Assembly: GCA_963813025.1 (NCBI GenBank)
Contig: CAWEXO010000004.1
Span: 96,001 to 160,000 of the forward strand
Reading direction: 5' to 3'
DNA from: an uncultured Verrucomicrobiae bacterium
GTDB taxonomy: Bacteria; Verrucomicrobiota; Verrucomicrobiia; Chthoniobacterales; JAFAMB01
Length of the DNA: 64,000 nucleotides
Shown: positions 53,289-63,439 of the stretch, piece by piece
Layout: every line of letters begins with the position of its first letter
Position numbering within the stretch: position 1 is the first letter of the stretch
Notes under the pieces: generated by a model
The model's input: only the letters and a program-made list of their open reading frames with translations
Told to the model about the DNA's origin: nothing
The model's database searches: none
Position numbers and translations under genes: made by a program

Positions 53289-54215
53289 ATGAGTGTTGAA
53301 ACGTCAGTGCCGCCGGTAGCGCCGCCGCCGCCAGCCACCGTGGCGGTCAGCCGGGCCGATAAGCTCAAAGTGTGGCTCATGGTTCCATCGGTGGTCCCGT
53401 TGCTCGTCTGGATGATCGTGCCGCTGGCGATGACCGTGTTCTTCTCGTTCATCCCTTTCAACCTGCTTAACCCGGCTCCAATTAAGTTCGTTGGCCTGCA
53501 GAACTATCAGTTTCTTTGGAACGATCCGGCGTTCTTTCCGGCAATCCTCAACACGCTCATCTTCATCGGTGCGGTGCTCCTGATCACCGTAGTGGCTGGT
53601 GTGCTGCTGGCTGTGCTCTACGACCAGGAGTTTTTTGGTAAAAACGTTGCCATGCTGTTGGTCATCGCACCGTTCTTCGTTATGCCAACAGTGAGCGCGC
53701 TGATCTGGAAAAACATGATCATGCATCCGGTCTATGGATTGATCAGCCTGGCCATGCGCTCGGTCGGCTTGCCGGCCATTGACTGGTTTGCCGATTACCC
53801 GCTGCTGTCGATTATTATCATCGTCTCCTGGGAATGGATTCCTTTCTCCTTCCTGATACTGGTCACCGCTTTGAAGTCGCTCGATCAAGAGCAGAAAGAG
53901 GCGGCCGCCATCGACGGTGCCGGTCCGGTGACCCAGTTCTTTTATATCGTTGTGCCGCATCTGCAGCGGGCGATTACGGTCGTCATTATGATCGAAACGA
54001 TTTTCCTCCTCTCGATCTTTGCCGAAATCTACGTTACCACTTCGGGGGGGCCGGGTCATGCCACGACCACCCTGGCGTTCCTCGTGTATGCGCTTGGCCT
54101 GCAACAGTTCGATGCCGGAATTGCCTCGGCGGGCGGCATCCTGGCAGTGATTTTAGCGAACATCGTCTCCATCTTTCTCGTTCGTATTCTTGCCCGCAAT
54201 CTCCAGACCGCTTGA
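53289..54215 (+). CDS. smoF: Polyol ABC permease
   Basis: WMIVPLAMT, APFFVMPTVSALIWKN, EAA loop EAAAIDGA. Confidence 0.9.
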   Translation: MSVETSVPPVAPPPPATVAVSRADKLKVWLMVPSVVPLLVWMIVPLAMTVFFSFIPFNLLNPAPIKFVGLQNYQFLWNDPAFFPAILNTLIFIGAVLLITVVAGVLLAVLYDQEFFGKNVAMLLVIAPFFVMPTVSALIWKNMIMHPVYGLISLAMRSVGLPAIDWFADYPLLSIIIIVSWEWIPFSFLILVTALKSLDQEQKEAAAIDGAGPVTQFFYIVVPHLQRAITVVIMIETIFLLSIFAEIYVTTSGGPGHATTTLAFLVYALGLQQFDAGIASAGGILAVILANIVSIFLVRILARNLQTA

Positions 54216-54216
54216 T

Positions 54217-55026
54217 ATGCCGAAAATCAGCAAAATCGTTATCACTCTTCTCGGCTGGTTCATCGGCATCATCTTCTTTTTCCCGATTTTCTGGATCGCA
54301 ATCACCGCGTTCAAAACGGAAAAAGGCGCGTATTCGCCCGACTTGATCTTCATGCCGACGCTCGAGTCGTTCGCCGACGTCTTTGCGCGCAGCAATTATC
54401 TGTTGTTCGCGCGGAACTCTATACTGATCGCCTTTGGTTCGACGCTTCTGTGTTTTATTCTCGCGATTCCTTCTGCTTACCGGATGGCCTTTTTCCCAAC
54501 CCCGAAATCGCAAAGTGCGATGCTCTGGATGTTGTCTACGAAAATGATGCCGGCCGTAGGTGTGCTGATTCCGATTTACATTCTCTGGCAGAAGTTAGGC
54601 CTGCTCGACAGCATACCGGGGTTGATTCTTATCTACACGCTAATCAATCTGCCGATCGCCGTCTGGATGGCCTACACCTATTTTTGCGAAGTGCCCAAAG
54701 GCATCCTGGAAGCAGCCCGGATAGATGGGGCCGACATCTGGCAGGAACTCTGGCATCTGCTTCGTCCAATGACCCTTCCCGGCCTCGCCTCAACCGCCCT
54801 GCTGCTCATCATCTTTTCGTGGAACGAGGCCTTCTGGAGCATCAATCTCTCCAGCGCCAATGCAGCGCCGCTCACGGTTTTCATCGCTTCTTACTCTAGT
54901 CCGGAGGGATTGTTCTGGGCAAAACTCTCCGCCGCGTCTTTTTTGGCAGTCGCGCCAGTTATGGTGCTCGGTTGGTTGACCCAAAAGCAGCTGGTCCGCG
55001 GACTCACCTTTGGCGCGGTGAAGTAA
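54217..55026 (+). CDS. smoG: Polyol ABC permease
   Basis: WMLSTKMMP, EAARIDGA, SSPEGLFWAKLSA, QLVRGLTFGAVK. Confidence 0.9.
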   Translation: MPKISKIVITLLGWFIGIIFFFPIFWIAITAFKTEKGAYSPDLIFMPTLESFADVFARSNYLLFARNSILIAFGSTLLCFILAIPSAYRMAFFPTPKSQSAMLWMLSTKMMPAVGVLIPIYILWQKLGLLDSIPGLILIYTLINLPIAVWMAYTYFCEVPKGILEAARIDGADIWQELWHLLRPMTLPGLASTALLLIIFSWNEAFWSINLSSANAAPLTVFIASYSSPEGLFWAKLSAASFLAVAPVMVLGWLTQKQLVRGLTFGAVK

Positions 55027-55110
55027 GTGCCAGTGTCAGTTTCAATGGCAAAGCTAAGCTTTAGTGGCTGTCGCGTAGCGACTCACATCATGTCTCTGAG
55101 GGTTGTTCTG

Positions 55111-55292
55111 GTAGGGCGAAAATTTATCCGACGTGTCCGCCGAAGCTTTAGCGAAGGAGGAGCTTTCAGCGAAGACTCGTTTGAGCCGGACGCCGGAGTT
55201 GCCACCGTCCAAGACGGCTCCTCCTTCGCTAGAGCTATGGCGGACACCGTCAAACAAGTTCTCACTAAGGCTCAAATAAATTTTCGCCCTAC
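55111..55292. repeat. GTAG-type palindromic element copy 2 with nested inserts
   Basis: GTAGGGCGAAAATTTAT...ATAAATTTTCGCCCTAC. Confidence 0.8.
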
Positions 55293-55404
55293 CAGTCGTG
55301 GACCAGCGCGACGTTGCGAGACAATCTCGTAGCCCCCCCAAAGACCTCGGCGAATCCGCTTGAATTCGCCTTAGCGCCGACGCATCTTTGCCGCCTCAGT
55401 CGTC

Positions 55405-55481
55405 CGGGCCGTAGCACAGCTTGGTAGTGCGCTTGAATGGGGTTCAAGAGGTCGTGGGTTCGAATCCCGCCGGCCCGACCA
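55405..55481 (+). tRNA. tRNA-Pro(GGG)
   Basis: CGGGCCG/CGGCCCG acceptor stem, GGG anticodon, GTTCGAATC T-loop, encoded CCA. Confidence 0.97.
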
Positions 55482-55545
55482 ACCGGCGGCTTCGTTGCAG
55501 GAATGCTTCATGACATGCTGGGCAAAAACGGTTAGACAAGAAACT

Positions 55546-56226
55546 GTGGTTGCGCGTATCGCCCTGTTCCTCATTCTCGCGGGCGTTTTTCCCTTGATGG
55601 CTCAGGAAACCCCGTCTCCGACTCCGAGCCCGGTTGCTCCACAGCAGAGCGCCCGTCCGGAGCCAGCGGCTTCGCGTTTAGCTCCTCCGCAGGCCGAGGG
55701 GTCGCCAAGCCCAGCGCCGGCCGCTCAGCCGAGTCCGGGCCCGCTGTCCGCACCGCAGCTTTTGCCGGAAACGAACCAACTGCCGGCGCCACCGCCTCCT
55801 GCGGCTGCGGCTCCCAAAGGGCCACCCTCAGCCGCTCCCTTGCCGTACGATTTGATTCCCGGCGGAGCCCCGGCCCCGACCCCTCCGCCAAAACCGTCGA
55901 TTACTCAACAAGCCCTTGATCGAATCCGGTTTCGGCAGCTCCGCAGCATTGCCGAGAACGATGCTTATGCGATGCGGCTTCGCTGGGAGGCGGCCCAGGC
56001 AAGCACTTTTGAAGGGCGGCGGGAATATTTGCGAGCATACTACCGTTACACCGCCGCTCTGATGCGCAAAATCGAACCGCGATTGAAAGCGACAATCGAT
56101 GGTTACGAAAACGGGAACATCGCCGGCTTGAAACAGGTGAACATCAAGCCCACGATCCCGCTCCGGGATCTCGAACGGCAGCGGTCACAGCCACAAGGAA
56201 CTGCTGCTTCCCGGCAAGGTTCGTAG
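55546..56226 (+). CDS. Secreted Pro-rich protein
   Basis: Signal peptide, PSP-rich linker, helical C-terminal domain. Confidence 0.7.
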   Translation: MVARIALFLILAGVFPLMAQETPSPTPSPVAPQQSARPEPAASRLAPPQAEGSPSPAPAAQPSPGPLSAPQLLPETNQLPAPPPPAAAAPKGPPSAAPLPYDLIPGGAPAPTPPPKPSITQQALDRIRFRQLRSIAENDAYAMRLRWEAAQASTFEGRREYLRAYYRYTAALMRKIEPRLKATIDGYENGNIAGLKQVNIKPTIPLRDLERQRSQPQGTAASRQGS

Positions 56227-56390
56227 GTTTTGGCATGAAAAAGGACGCGCGATAGATTCTGTTTTTCTTCATGCCGCACAAGCGAGTGCCGATCGAGGTT
56301 TGGTGACTCTGGTCACGGTGATGGTTGGGTCTCTGGCCGTCATCATGATCGCGTATATGATCATTTCCGCAGCGCATTAGGCCAGAGAAA

Positions 56391-56957
56391 TTAGTTGCGC
56401 GTGATCGTGCCCTGAGGGGAAACCGAGACCCGAAACTCCGCCGATGGCTGTGTGCCGTGGGAAAAGTCAGCCGTCCGCAGATAGACATGGCGACCAACTA
56501 TTTTCTCGATACGGAGAAAGTCGCGAGCATTCGATGCAAGAGTTCCGTGCAACACATTGGCAACGCGATGATTTACGTTATTGACAAACACCAAGGTACC
56601 TGAGGAGTTGAGCAGAAAGAGTTTTACAAAGCAGGCTTTCGTCACCGGTTCATAACTGACTCCGAAAATCGTATTTTCTGCATTGGCAAACCCATTTTGG
56701 TCCGAGGGATTAGAGCTTGGTCCAAGAAACCCTTTCTCCGAGTTAAAAGTGTACTCGTTAATTAGAAGGTCCTGGTTATCCGACGAACCGGTTAATCTGA
56801 TACGAACGACTGGTTTATTGGCTGAGTTTCGAGCGGTCTCGAACACTTTGACGGGAGGAGCGGCAAAACCGACACAAGTCCCGGCTAGAAGTAGCGTAAG
56901 CAGACAGGTCCATCGAGTGTCGCATCGCCACCGACGGTATAGCTTAAGCGTTTGCAT
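56391..56957 (-). CDS. Secreted hypothetical protein
   Basis: Signal-like LLTLLLAGTCVGFA followed by a beta-rich domain. Confidence 0.6.
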   Translation of the reverse strand: MQTLKLYRRWRCDTRWTCLLTLLLAGTCVGFAAPPVKVFETARNSANKPVVRIRLTGSSDNQDLLINEYTFNSEKGFLGPSSNPSDQNGFANAENTIFGVSYEPVTKACFVKLFLLNSSGTLVFVNNVNHRVANVLHGTLASNARDFLRIEKIVGRHVYLRTADFSHGTQPSAEFRVSVSPQGTITRN

Positions 56958-57090
56958 AAGCGCAGGCTCGGTCAAGGAAGGCCGCAGAACAATAGCACGA
57001 TGGTGTGAGGAGCATTCGCGCTTGGACACACATTTGCGCCAGCGAAGCTCCGATTAAGAAAACACAGGTAGCGTACGGCGACGCGGTTGC

Positions 57091-57120
57091 TGGCAGCGCG
57101 TACGGGATTCGAACCCGTGC
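57091..57120 (-). repeat. tRNA-Glu 3' fragment (att scar 1)
   Basis: TGGCAGCGCGTACGGGATTCGAACCCGTGC; 1 mismatch to 62303-62332. Confidence 0.85.
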
Positions 57121-57347
57121 TGAAGAATCCAGTGATTCTTATCATTGGGTTATACGTTTGATTCCTACACGTGGCACCTTTCAGAGAGGACGACCCATCC
57201 TTGTTGGTCTCTCCAGGATCGCGCACGACAGGCCGGCCAGTTCAACCGCAAGCGTAGCAGCGAATAAGGACGAGATTTTCTCGCTGGCCTGCGTTAAATT
57301 AAAGTCAATTCGCCTAACCCCCACAATCGGCGGAAAATGAGGCAGCA

Positions 57348-58175
57348 ATGAAGGCGATTGCGACCGAGGCTACGGAGCGATCGATTCCGGCCGAAGATTC
57401 ACTTCGGCTTGTGATCGATGCGACGCCTGCGCTGATCCATACTGGACGGCCCGACGGTTATCTCGATACTTCAATCAGCGCTGGTTGGAGTTCCTGGGTC
57501 TGCCCTTGGAAGAGGTATGCAGTTGGCGGTGGACCGGTGCAGTTCACCCCGAAGATGTAGCCGGATTGCTGCAGAAGTGGCACGCAGCTTTGGGGAGTGG
57601 AGAACCGTTAGAGGCCGAGGCGCGCGTGCGGCGTGCGGATGGAGAATATCGGTTGTTGCTCCACCGCAAAGTGCCGCTGCGCAACGAACGAGGCGCTATT
57701 CTTAAGTGGTACGGGTCAAGCGTCGACATCGAGGAGCAAGGCGGGCTCAGGAAAGGATCCTGCAGGACGAAAGGGAGCGGCTTAGCGAAGCCCTGCTGGC
57801 CGAAGCGCAGCGACTCACCGGGACGGGCAAGGAACTGATTGCTCGTGCGATTCACAAGAGGTCGCAGCGTTCCACCCGAGCGTTTGTCAGCGTAAATTGT
57901 GCGGCCATTCCACCATCCCTGATTACATCTGAATTGTTTGGTCACGAGAAGGGAGCCTTTACCGGTGCGATTCAGAGTCGGCTCGACCGCTTCGAACTGG
58001 CGGAAGGAGGCACGCTTTTCCTCGATGAGATTGGCGAACTGCCAATGGAGACCCAGATTGCTCTCCTGCGTGTTTTGCAAGAGCGCGAGTTCGAACGTGT
58101 CGGTGGAACTGAGCGTATTCGCGCTAACGTGCGAGTGATCGCCGCCACTAATCGTGACCTGCAAGCCTCCATCGT
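57348..58175 (+). pseudogene. PAS + sigma54 enhancer-binding protein remnant
   Basis: VHPEDV...RRADGEYR...[50 protein letters not shown], then truncated. Confidence 0.85.
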
Positions 58176-58406
58176 CGGGCAGGCCAGTGGAGGCTGGCCA
58201 ACCTGGCGAAATCGTGGCTCGCGGGGCGAATGTAATGCTCGGTTACTGGAACCACCCGGATTGCACCGCGCAGGCCTTTCGCCGCCTCTTTGCGCGAATG
58301 GCTGTGAATTCGCGACGGATTTGCGATTTCTAAGATGTTGTGACTTGTTAGGCGAACGCCTGCTTCAAGTATCTTCTCCTCGTGGAAAAGCAACATCGGA
58401 TGGTGT

Positions 58407-58422
58407 TGGCACGAACCAAGCT
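58407..58422 (+). promoter_or_regulatory. Sigma54 -24/-12 promoter
   Basis: TGGCACGAACCAAGCT: GG-N10-GC spacing. Confidence 0.55.
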
Positions 58423-58434
58423 AAGGGCACGAGC

Positions 58435-59007
58435 ATGGGCTTGGAACTTGCATTGGAAAACGAAAGGTGCTCCAAACAGGAGCAGAATAGCGTAGAGACG
58501 ACACTAGCGCCAATTGGGTCCGCCGGTCTTCCCGCAAGAAAAGGACAGAGGCCGCAAACAATTCGTGGTCCGCTGCATATTCAGTGCAATGGACACGGAG
58601 ATTCGAGGTACGTAAACCAATTAGTCGACCAAGTCTTGACCTGGCCTCACATCGAGTCAAGTCCACCGCCTGTTAGCCCGCCGGATACAATTCGAATGCG
58701 GTTGGCTGAGATGGCAGCCACCGACAAACCCTCGGCATTTTTAACTGCCAGGGAGTTTGGCCGAGTACTCTTGGGAGCTCCGACGATATATCTAGCTTTG
58801 CCATTGGTATGTGCTCACTGGGCTACCGTCCGCGGGTGGGCCGAGCCGCATTACCTTGCATCTTTTGACTTAATGCCGGCCGGAGCGGTAGTCGTATACA
58901 CGCCAAGAGACGAAGGGGAGCTCGGAGTCTGCTATTTCCTTTTCTCTCAGTCGTACCGTTTTCCGTGCAGTTTTGTTTCGCGGGGAAGGGCAAGTTGGGA
59001 GGACTGA
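58435..59007 (+). CDS. Luciferase-family (DUF5519-like) protein
   Basis: [31 protein letters not shown]. Confidence 0.65.
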   Translation: MGLELALENERCSKQEQNSVETTLAPIGSAGLPARKGQRPQTIRGPLHIQCNGHGDSRYVNQLVDQVLTWPHIESSPPPVSPPDTIRMRLAEMAATDKPSAFLTAREFGRVLLGAPTIYLALPLVCAHWATVRGWAEPHYLASFDLMPAGAVVVYTPRDEGELGVCYFLFSQSYRFPCSFVSRGRASWED

Positions 59008-59792
59008 GCCCGAAATACGTAAACATTGACTTCGGTTGAGCAATTCTTATGAGCCAAGCGCCTGCCCATCAATTCGAGTGGTGGGACCACATCTTCATCT
59101 TGCACGCAAACAGGATTGGAATCTTATTTAACAATTCTCCGAGTTTGATTTAAGAGTATAGAAGGGAAAAACGATTCCATCGTTTCCGCATTGGTCTTTA
59201 TTATAATCGTTTTTTTCTTTAGCGTCACGCCGGAAGATGTTTACCCAGTCGCCCCGCAACGTCTGTACCTCGATAAGGTCCCGGCGAGTGGAACTGGCGA
59301 TGGTAACGGCGGCTGGACGAGCTACGCGCGCAAGTGCCGCTCTGGCTACGGGACCGACCACTCTCCGGACCGAGGCGACGTCACTCTCGCCGCGTTTACC
59401 GATCTGCATTGCTTAAAGTACGACGTCCACCTGTTCGAGCCGTTAGACAGCTCGGACGAAGTCAAAAATGGGATTAACTGACGCTCTTATCCATTTTCAG
59501 GAGGGCTTAGCTAGAGCCCCTCCAGTTGGTCTATAGTCGAGGGTATGCCAAATAAGCGCAACTGAGCGGAAATCGCGCTCCCAGTTAGTCAACCATGTAG
59601 TTGCTCTGACGCTTACGGTGATTAAACGGCCTCCTCCCTTGTCTCGCACGCTCGCGATGCGCCTTCCATTCATATCCTCGACCGTCCGGCAAGGTCGGAC
59701 GCTCTTGCGCCTGCGGCCTCCTTCCGTGGGAGCTTTGCTTCGCTTTCGGCCAGACCGCTCTAAATTCATAGCACACTTCGGGAGGGCTTCCT

Positions 59793-60059
59793 TTACTCCG
59801 GTCGTCGCTCAATCAACCGATCGTAATCTAAATGAGACCCGATCCAGAACCATACAAAGCCCTCAGCTCTCTCCTTAGCCAATGCTCTGTAACGAAGACC
59901 CACCCTGGCGGACCAGAAGATGCCAATTTTTTTGAGTCGCAGCGAGGGATGGCGAGGGGTCTCCTTCAGAAGGGCAAAGTTCTTATCGGCAAGATCTCGG
60001 ATGTTTTCCGACAGTTGACGATAGTGAAACCAGAACTCCGGAGAGGCGAAGTGCTTCAA
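59793..60059 (-). CDS. RelE/ParE-like toxin
   Basis: FWFHYRQL...HPSLRLKKIG..WSARVGLRYRAL...WFWIGSHLDYD. Confidence 0.85.
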   Translation of the reverse strand: MKHFASPEFWFHYRQLSENIRDLADKNFALLKETPRHPSLRLKKIGIFWSARVGLRYRALAKERAEGFVWFWIGSHLDYDRLIERRPE

Positions 60060-60253
60060 AGGGGGGTGCAGCGTCCAGCTTTGAAATCTTCGGCCGCTCG
60101 TTTGCCCGCCGCATCGAGGCGACCAGCCTTAATGTCGGCCTCGATCTGACGATCCCACCGATCGGCCAGAAAGTCCTCGAACCATGCAGCGAAGCGGGCG
60201 AGCTCCTCGGCCGAAAGCCTTGAAATTGCCGACTCAAGATCTTCAACACTCAT
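60056..60253 (-). CDS. Cognate antitoxin
   Basis: LESAISRLSAEEL...WDRQIEADIKAGRLD; overlaps toxin start. Confidence 0.8.
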   Translation of the reverse strand: MSVEDLESAISRLSAEELARFAAWFEDFLADRWDRQIEADIKAGRLDAAGKRAAEDFKAGRCTPL

Positions 60254-60355
60254 AACCCGATACTATGATATCGTACGACGCGCGCAAACTCCCGAGGCCG
60301 CACTCGCCCGCAACGCCGCTTTGTTGCGCGTATAGACGTGCATCGCGTCACGTGC

Positions 60356-60813
60356 TCATCCCGGACATGGAGTTGCCCGAGCTCGTGACAGGCTTACGTA
60401 CCAGCCTTTCGGATCAAATGTTGCGTTGTGCAGGAAACAGTGAACGTGCCAGTGTGGATCCGATCTTGCGATATTCTCGACAACCCGATCGCCTGTGATT
60501 GCCAGGTATACGCTAAGCGACTTGGGAACTCCGAACACCAGCCCACAGCCAACCTGCCGGTTGCTCACCGTTTCGCCGTTTTCCTGGCGGCTTGTGTTCA
60601 TGCGTGCCGTCAGCCGCTTGCCGCTCGTCGGATGTTCGTTTCGCAGCAATGCGACGAACTGTGACCGCTCCACCGGACCACGGAATCCTAAGCGCTCCCC
60701 TCCGCGTCCGGCCCAGACGCCAGGCTCCTTCATCAGGTAATCGGTTACTGCCAGTTCGCGGTCGAAGTACCGCTCAACACTTCCGCGCTCCGATTAACTT
60801 CGATGTTTAACAT
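60356..60813 (-). pseudogene. MobF/TrwC relaxase remnant
   Basis: RYFDRELAVTDY, GVWAGRG, FGVPKSLSV, HUH motif DPHWHVHC; internally deleted and truncated. Confidence 0.85.
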
Positions 60814-60945
60814 ACTAGCTCTTCAACTAACCCGAGCAGGTAAACGCGTGCACCCCTACGCTTCGCTTAACGCCAAAAGACTCTCTCCCGACGCTGCGCG
60901 TCGACCTCCCTTCAAGGGAGGTTCGGAAGGTAACTGGAGATAACT

Positions 60946-61080
60946 TGTTCAACGCGTTTCAACACTGCTCGCAGCGCTGGCGTTGAAAGTCGTTGAATAG
61001 CGTTGAATAGCGTTTGAATAGCGTTGAAAGTCGTTGAAAGTCGTTGAAAGTCGTTGAAAGTCGTTGAGAGGCGTTGAACA
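60946..61080. repeat. Phased 10-bp tandem array (10 units) plus 2 inverted units
   Basis: CGTTGAAAGT/CGTTGAATAG units at 60981-61080; TGTTCAACGC and GTTTCAACAC from 60946. Confidence 0.9.
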
Positions 61081-61266
61081 CCGAGAAGAGGTAACGGTCG
61101 CTCCAGGGCCGCGACTGGCCCACTATCAACAATGCTAACGGCATCGACAATATAAAATGACAGCTATACAATGCCTCGCAAGCTCTTCGCTCGTTCTTCG
61201 CACCGACCTGCCAAACGCAAAACAAAATGACATATTTTAGGGCAGACCTAAATTAATTGAGATGCT

Positions 61267-61470
61267 TCACACGACCTCCCGTTGGCCTTCCATAAACAGA
61301 TTGATTGACTCCCTATCAATGAGGCGAACTCCACGCTGAGCCCCTTTGTGCGACTTCACGCAGATTGATTTGATTGGCCCCTCCGTGAGCAGCTCATAAA
61401 GCCGTGAACGAGAAAGGCCCGAGAATTTTAGTGAGCCAGGTATTCTAAGCCAGCGCGGATTCAACGTCAC
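61267..61470 (-). CDS. AlpA/excisionase-like DNA-binding protein
   Basis: WLRIP...SGLSRSRLYELL...RGVRLIDRESI. Confidence 0.75.
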   Translation of the reverse strand: MTLNPRWLRIPGSLKFSGLSRSRLYELLTEGPIKSICVKSHKGAQRGVRLIDRESINLFMEGQREVV

Positions 61471-61557
61471 AGGGCCAGCTATGAGTATCCTGCTGGATTT
61501 CTGTAGTTAGTATAGACATAACATAACAAAAGCGTTAGGTCTCCGTTTTCGCCATTT

Positions 61558-61728
61558 TGCATCCGCGGCTATCGTCTGCGGGTTAAGGATGTTTTGGAGC
61601 TGCTGGCCCACGGCGCTTCATGGGACGAAATTCTCGAAGACTACTCATTTCTCGAACGCGAAGATATCCAGGCTTGCCTGGATTTCGCTGCGGCACAAAG
61701 CGATCACGCGCTCATTAAAGTGTCGTGA
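61558..61728 (+). pseudogene. DUF433 antitoxin, 5'-truncated
   Basis: CIRGYRLRVKDVLELLAHGASWDEILEDYSFLEREDIQACL; no start codon. Confidence 0.8.
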
Positions 61729-62054
61729 AGTTCTTGGTCGACAACCAACTTCCACGTGCTCTGGCAACGCTACTGGGGAATCTGGGCCACCACGCCGTGC
61801 ATGTCCTCGATTTCGAACTTAGCCAGGTCGATGATATCGCGACCTGGGCATGCGCCGCCCAAAACGGCTATACCATCAGTTCCAAAGATGCCGACTTCGC
61901 TGACCTAGCTTTACTAGCTGGGACCGAAGTACGGCTCATCTGGGTGCGGATCGGAAACTGCCGAAAATCGGTGCTGCTGGAGGCATTCAAAAACGCGCTA
62001 AAGAAAATCGAGCAGGAACTCGAAGCCGGCGAAACCTTGATTGAATTGTACTAA
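61725..62054 (+). CDS. DUF5615 PIN-like toxin
   Basis: MKFLVDNQLP, ISSKDADF, IWVRIGNC. Confidence 0.85.
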   Translation: MKFLVDNQLPRALATLLGNLGHHAVHVLDFELSQVDDIATWACAAQNGYTISSKDADFADLALLAGTEVRLIWVRIGNCRKSVLLEAFKNALKKIEQELEAGETLIELY

Positions 62055-62302
62055 ATTGGCGCCGAGCGTTAGCCCTCATGTCTGGCTGTGCGGATCACCC
62101 AGAATAGGTCAAGCATGAGAGTACATGTCAGCGCTTGTCCGCCAAAGCGCAAGCAATGGGCCATTGTGCAACTTCCACGCTCACAATTCAAAACGACCAT
62201 CAGCGGACGGCCGCGGACGGGTTACAAGATCTGTTACAATTCAAGCCAACTCACTCTAGCCCCCCAGTCCTAAGACACTGGTATCCAGTAACTTAGAACT
62301 AT

Positions 62303-62349
62303 TGGCAGCGCGTACGGGACTCGAACCCGTGCACCGGCCTTGAGAGGGC
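62303..62349 (-). repeat. tRNA-Glu(CTC) 3' half (att scar 2)
   Basis: Reverse complement GCCCTCTCAAGGCCGGTGCACGGGTTCGAGTCCCGTACGCGCTGCCA; no D-arm or 5' half. Confidence 0.88.
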
Positions 62350-63194
62350 GCTTATCTATATTCGTAACATCCTGATAAAATGGCACTTACAACTCTCGGA
62401 TTTCTGGTTGCTCTCTTTGTTGCTCTCCTCGGGCCGCGCTTTTGCTCCTTATCCGGAGGTTTCGAGAGAAAAGAGTTTCCGCCTGCCGAGACCCAAACAG
62501 GCTCTCCTTTCTCATTCCCCTAGGCGAACCAAGCTTCGCTTAAAATCACTCATTGGCTTGTCTGGCTTGTGCCAGATTCAGATCAAACCCACGGCGGCCT
62601 TACAGCGCAAAAGTACCGTCGGCGGCTCAAACCAGCCTGCGCCCCACGCTCCGCGCGGGTCCCCTCCGTTTGAATCCTCAACCGCCTGCCGCGCTTTTGC
62701 CCCTCCGGCCTTTTTCCGTGGGCCGCTTTGCTTCGCTTTTCGGCCGAAAAAGGCACACCATATTTTTCAGCTCGAAACCGAACTTTCCGCCGGGGGACTG
62801 CGTGGGACCCGGCAAAATATTCCCGAAGCTGCTCCCAAAGCCTCGTCGAGCTTTTCAATCTCTGAAAAACTCGCCCGTTACGGTTCTTCCGCGTTATCTG
62901 GCCTGGAACACCTAACCTTGCTTGTTGGTAAAGAACCCGTTCCTCTGCCCTTGGATTCAGCCGCACCGCGCGTGATTCGAATGGGCGCAGCAATCCAGCA
63001 GGACGCGCCAAAGCTAATCCGGTAATGTCATTCGGAATTCTTACGCTCGGGGAGGCCTATTCCTACTGCGGATCAGTCGATCGTTCCTTCGGGCATTTAG
63101 CCGGAGTCTACCTTTCCCTCGGCCCGGTCTCCAACCCCCGAAGAAATCTCACTAGCTTGACTTCGGGGTGGTATGATACCGGTAACGAGTGTAG

Positions 63195-63430
63195 TTGGGT
63201 GCGAGCGCCGTCCAGATCGGCACGGCTTTCCTGCGATGCCCGGAAACGGGGACCAATGCTGCCTGGGCCGATGCGCTGGCCGAACCGGAACCCGAGGCAA
63301 CGATCCTGACGCGCGCCTTTAGCGGTCGGCTCGGTCGTTCAATTGAGACCGACTACGCGCGTGCGGCCAATTCGCCCGAAGGCCCCCAGACCGACGCCAT
63401 ATCCGGCCCAAGGCGGCCTTACCGCATGGC
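63195..63430 (+). pseudogene. Nitronate monooxygenase fragment
   Basis: GASAVQIGTAFLRCPE...TRAFSGRLGRSI. Confidence 0.8.
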
Positions 63431-63439
63431 GACAGAGGC

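Noticed and set aside
57706..59007. 433-aa sigma54-activator/luciferase fusion
   Set aside because: The linker is non-coding-like and contains a sigma54 promoter; this is chance read-through from a truncated gene.
60981..61080. CRISPR array
   Set aside because: 10-bp tandem units with no spacers and no cas genes in the window.
62303..62349. Functional tRNA-Glu
   Set aside because: Only the anticodon loop to CCA is present.
62408..63025. 205-aa ORF as a real gene
   Set aside because: No recognisable motif, composition typical of a shadow ORF, and it starts inside the arm-site repeats.
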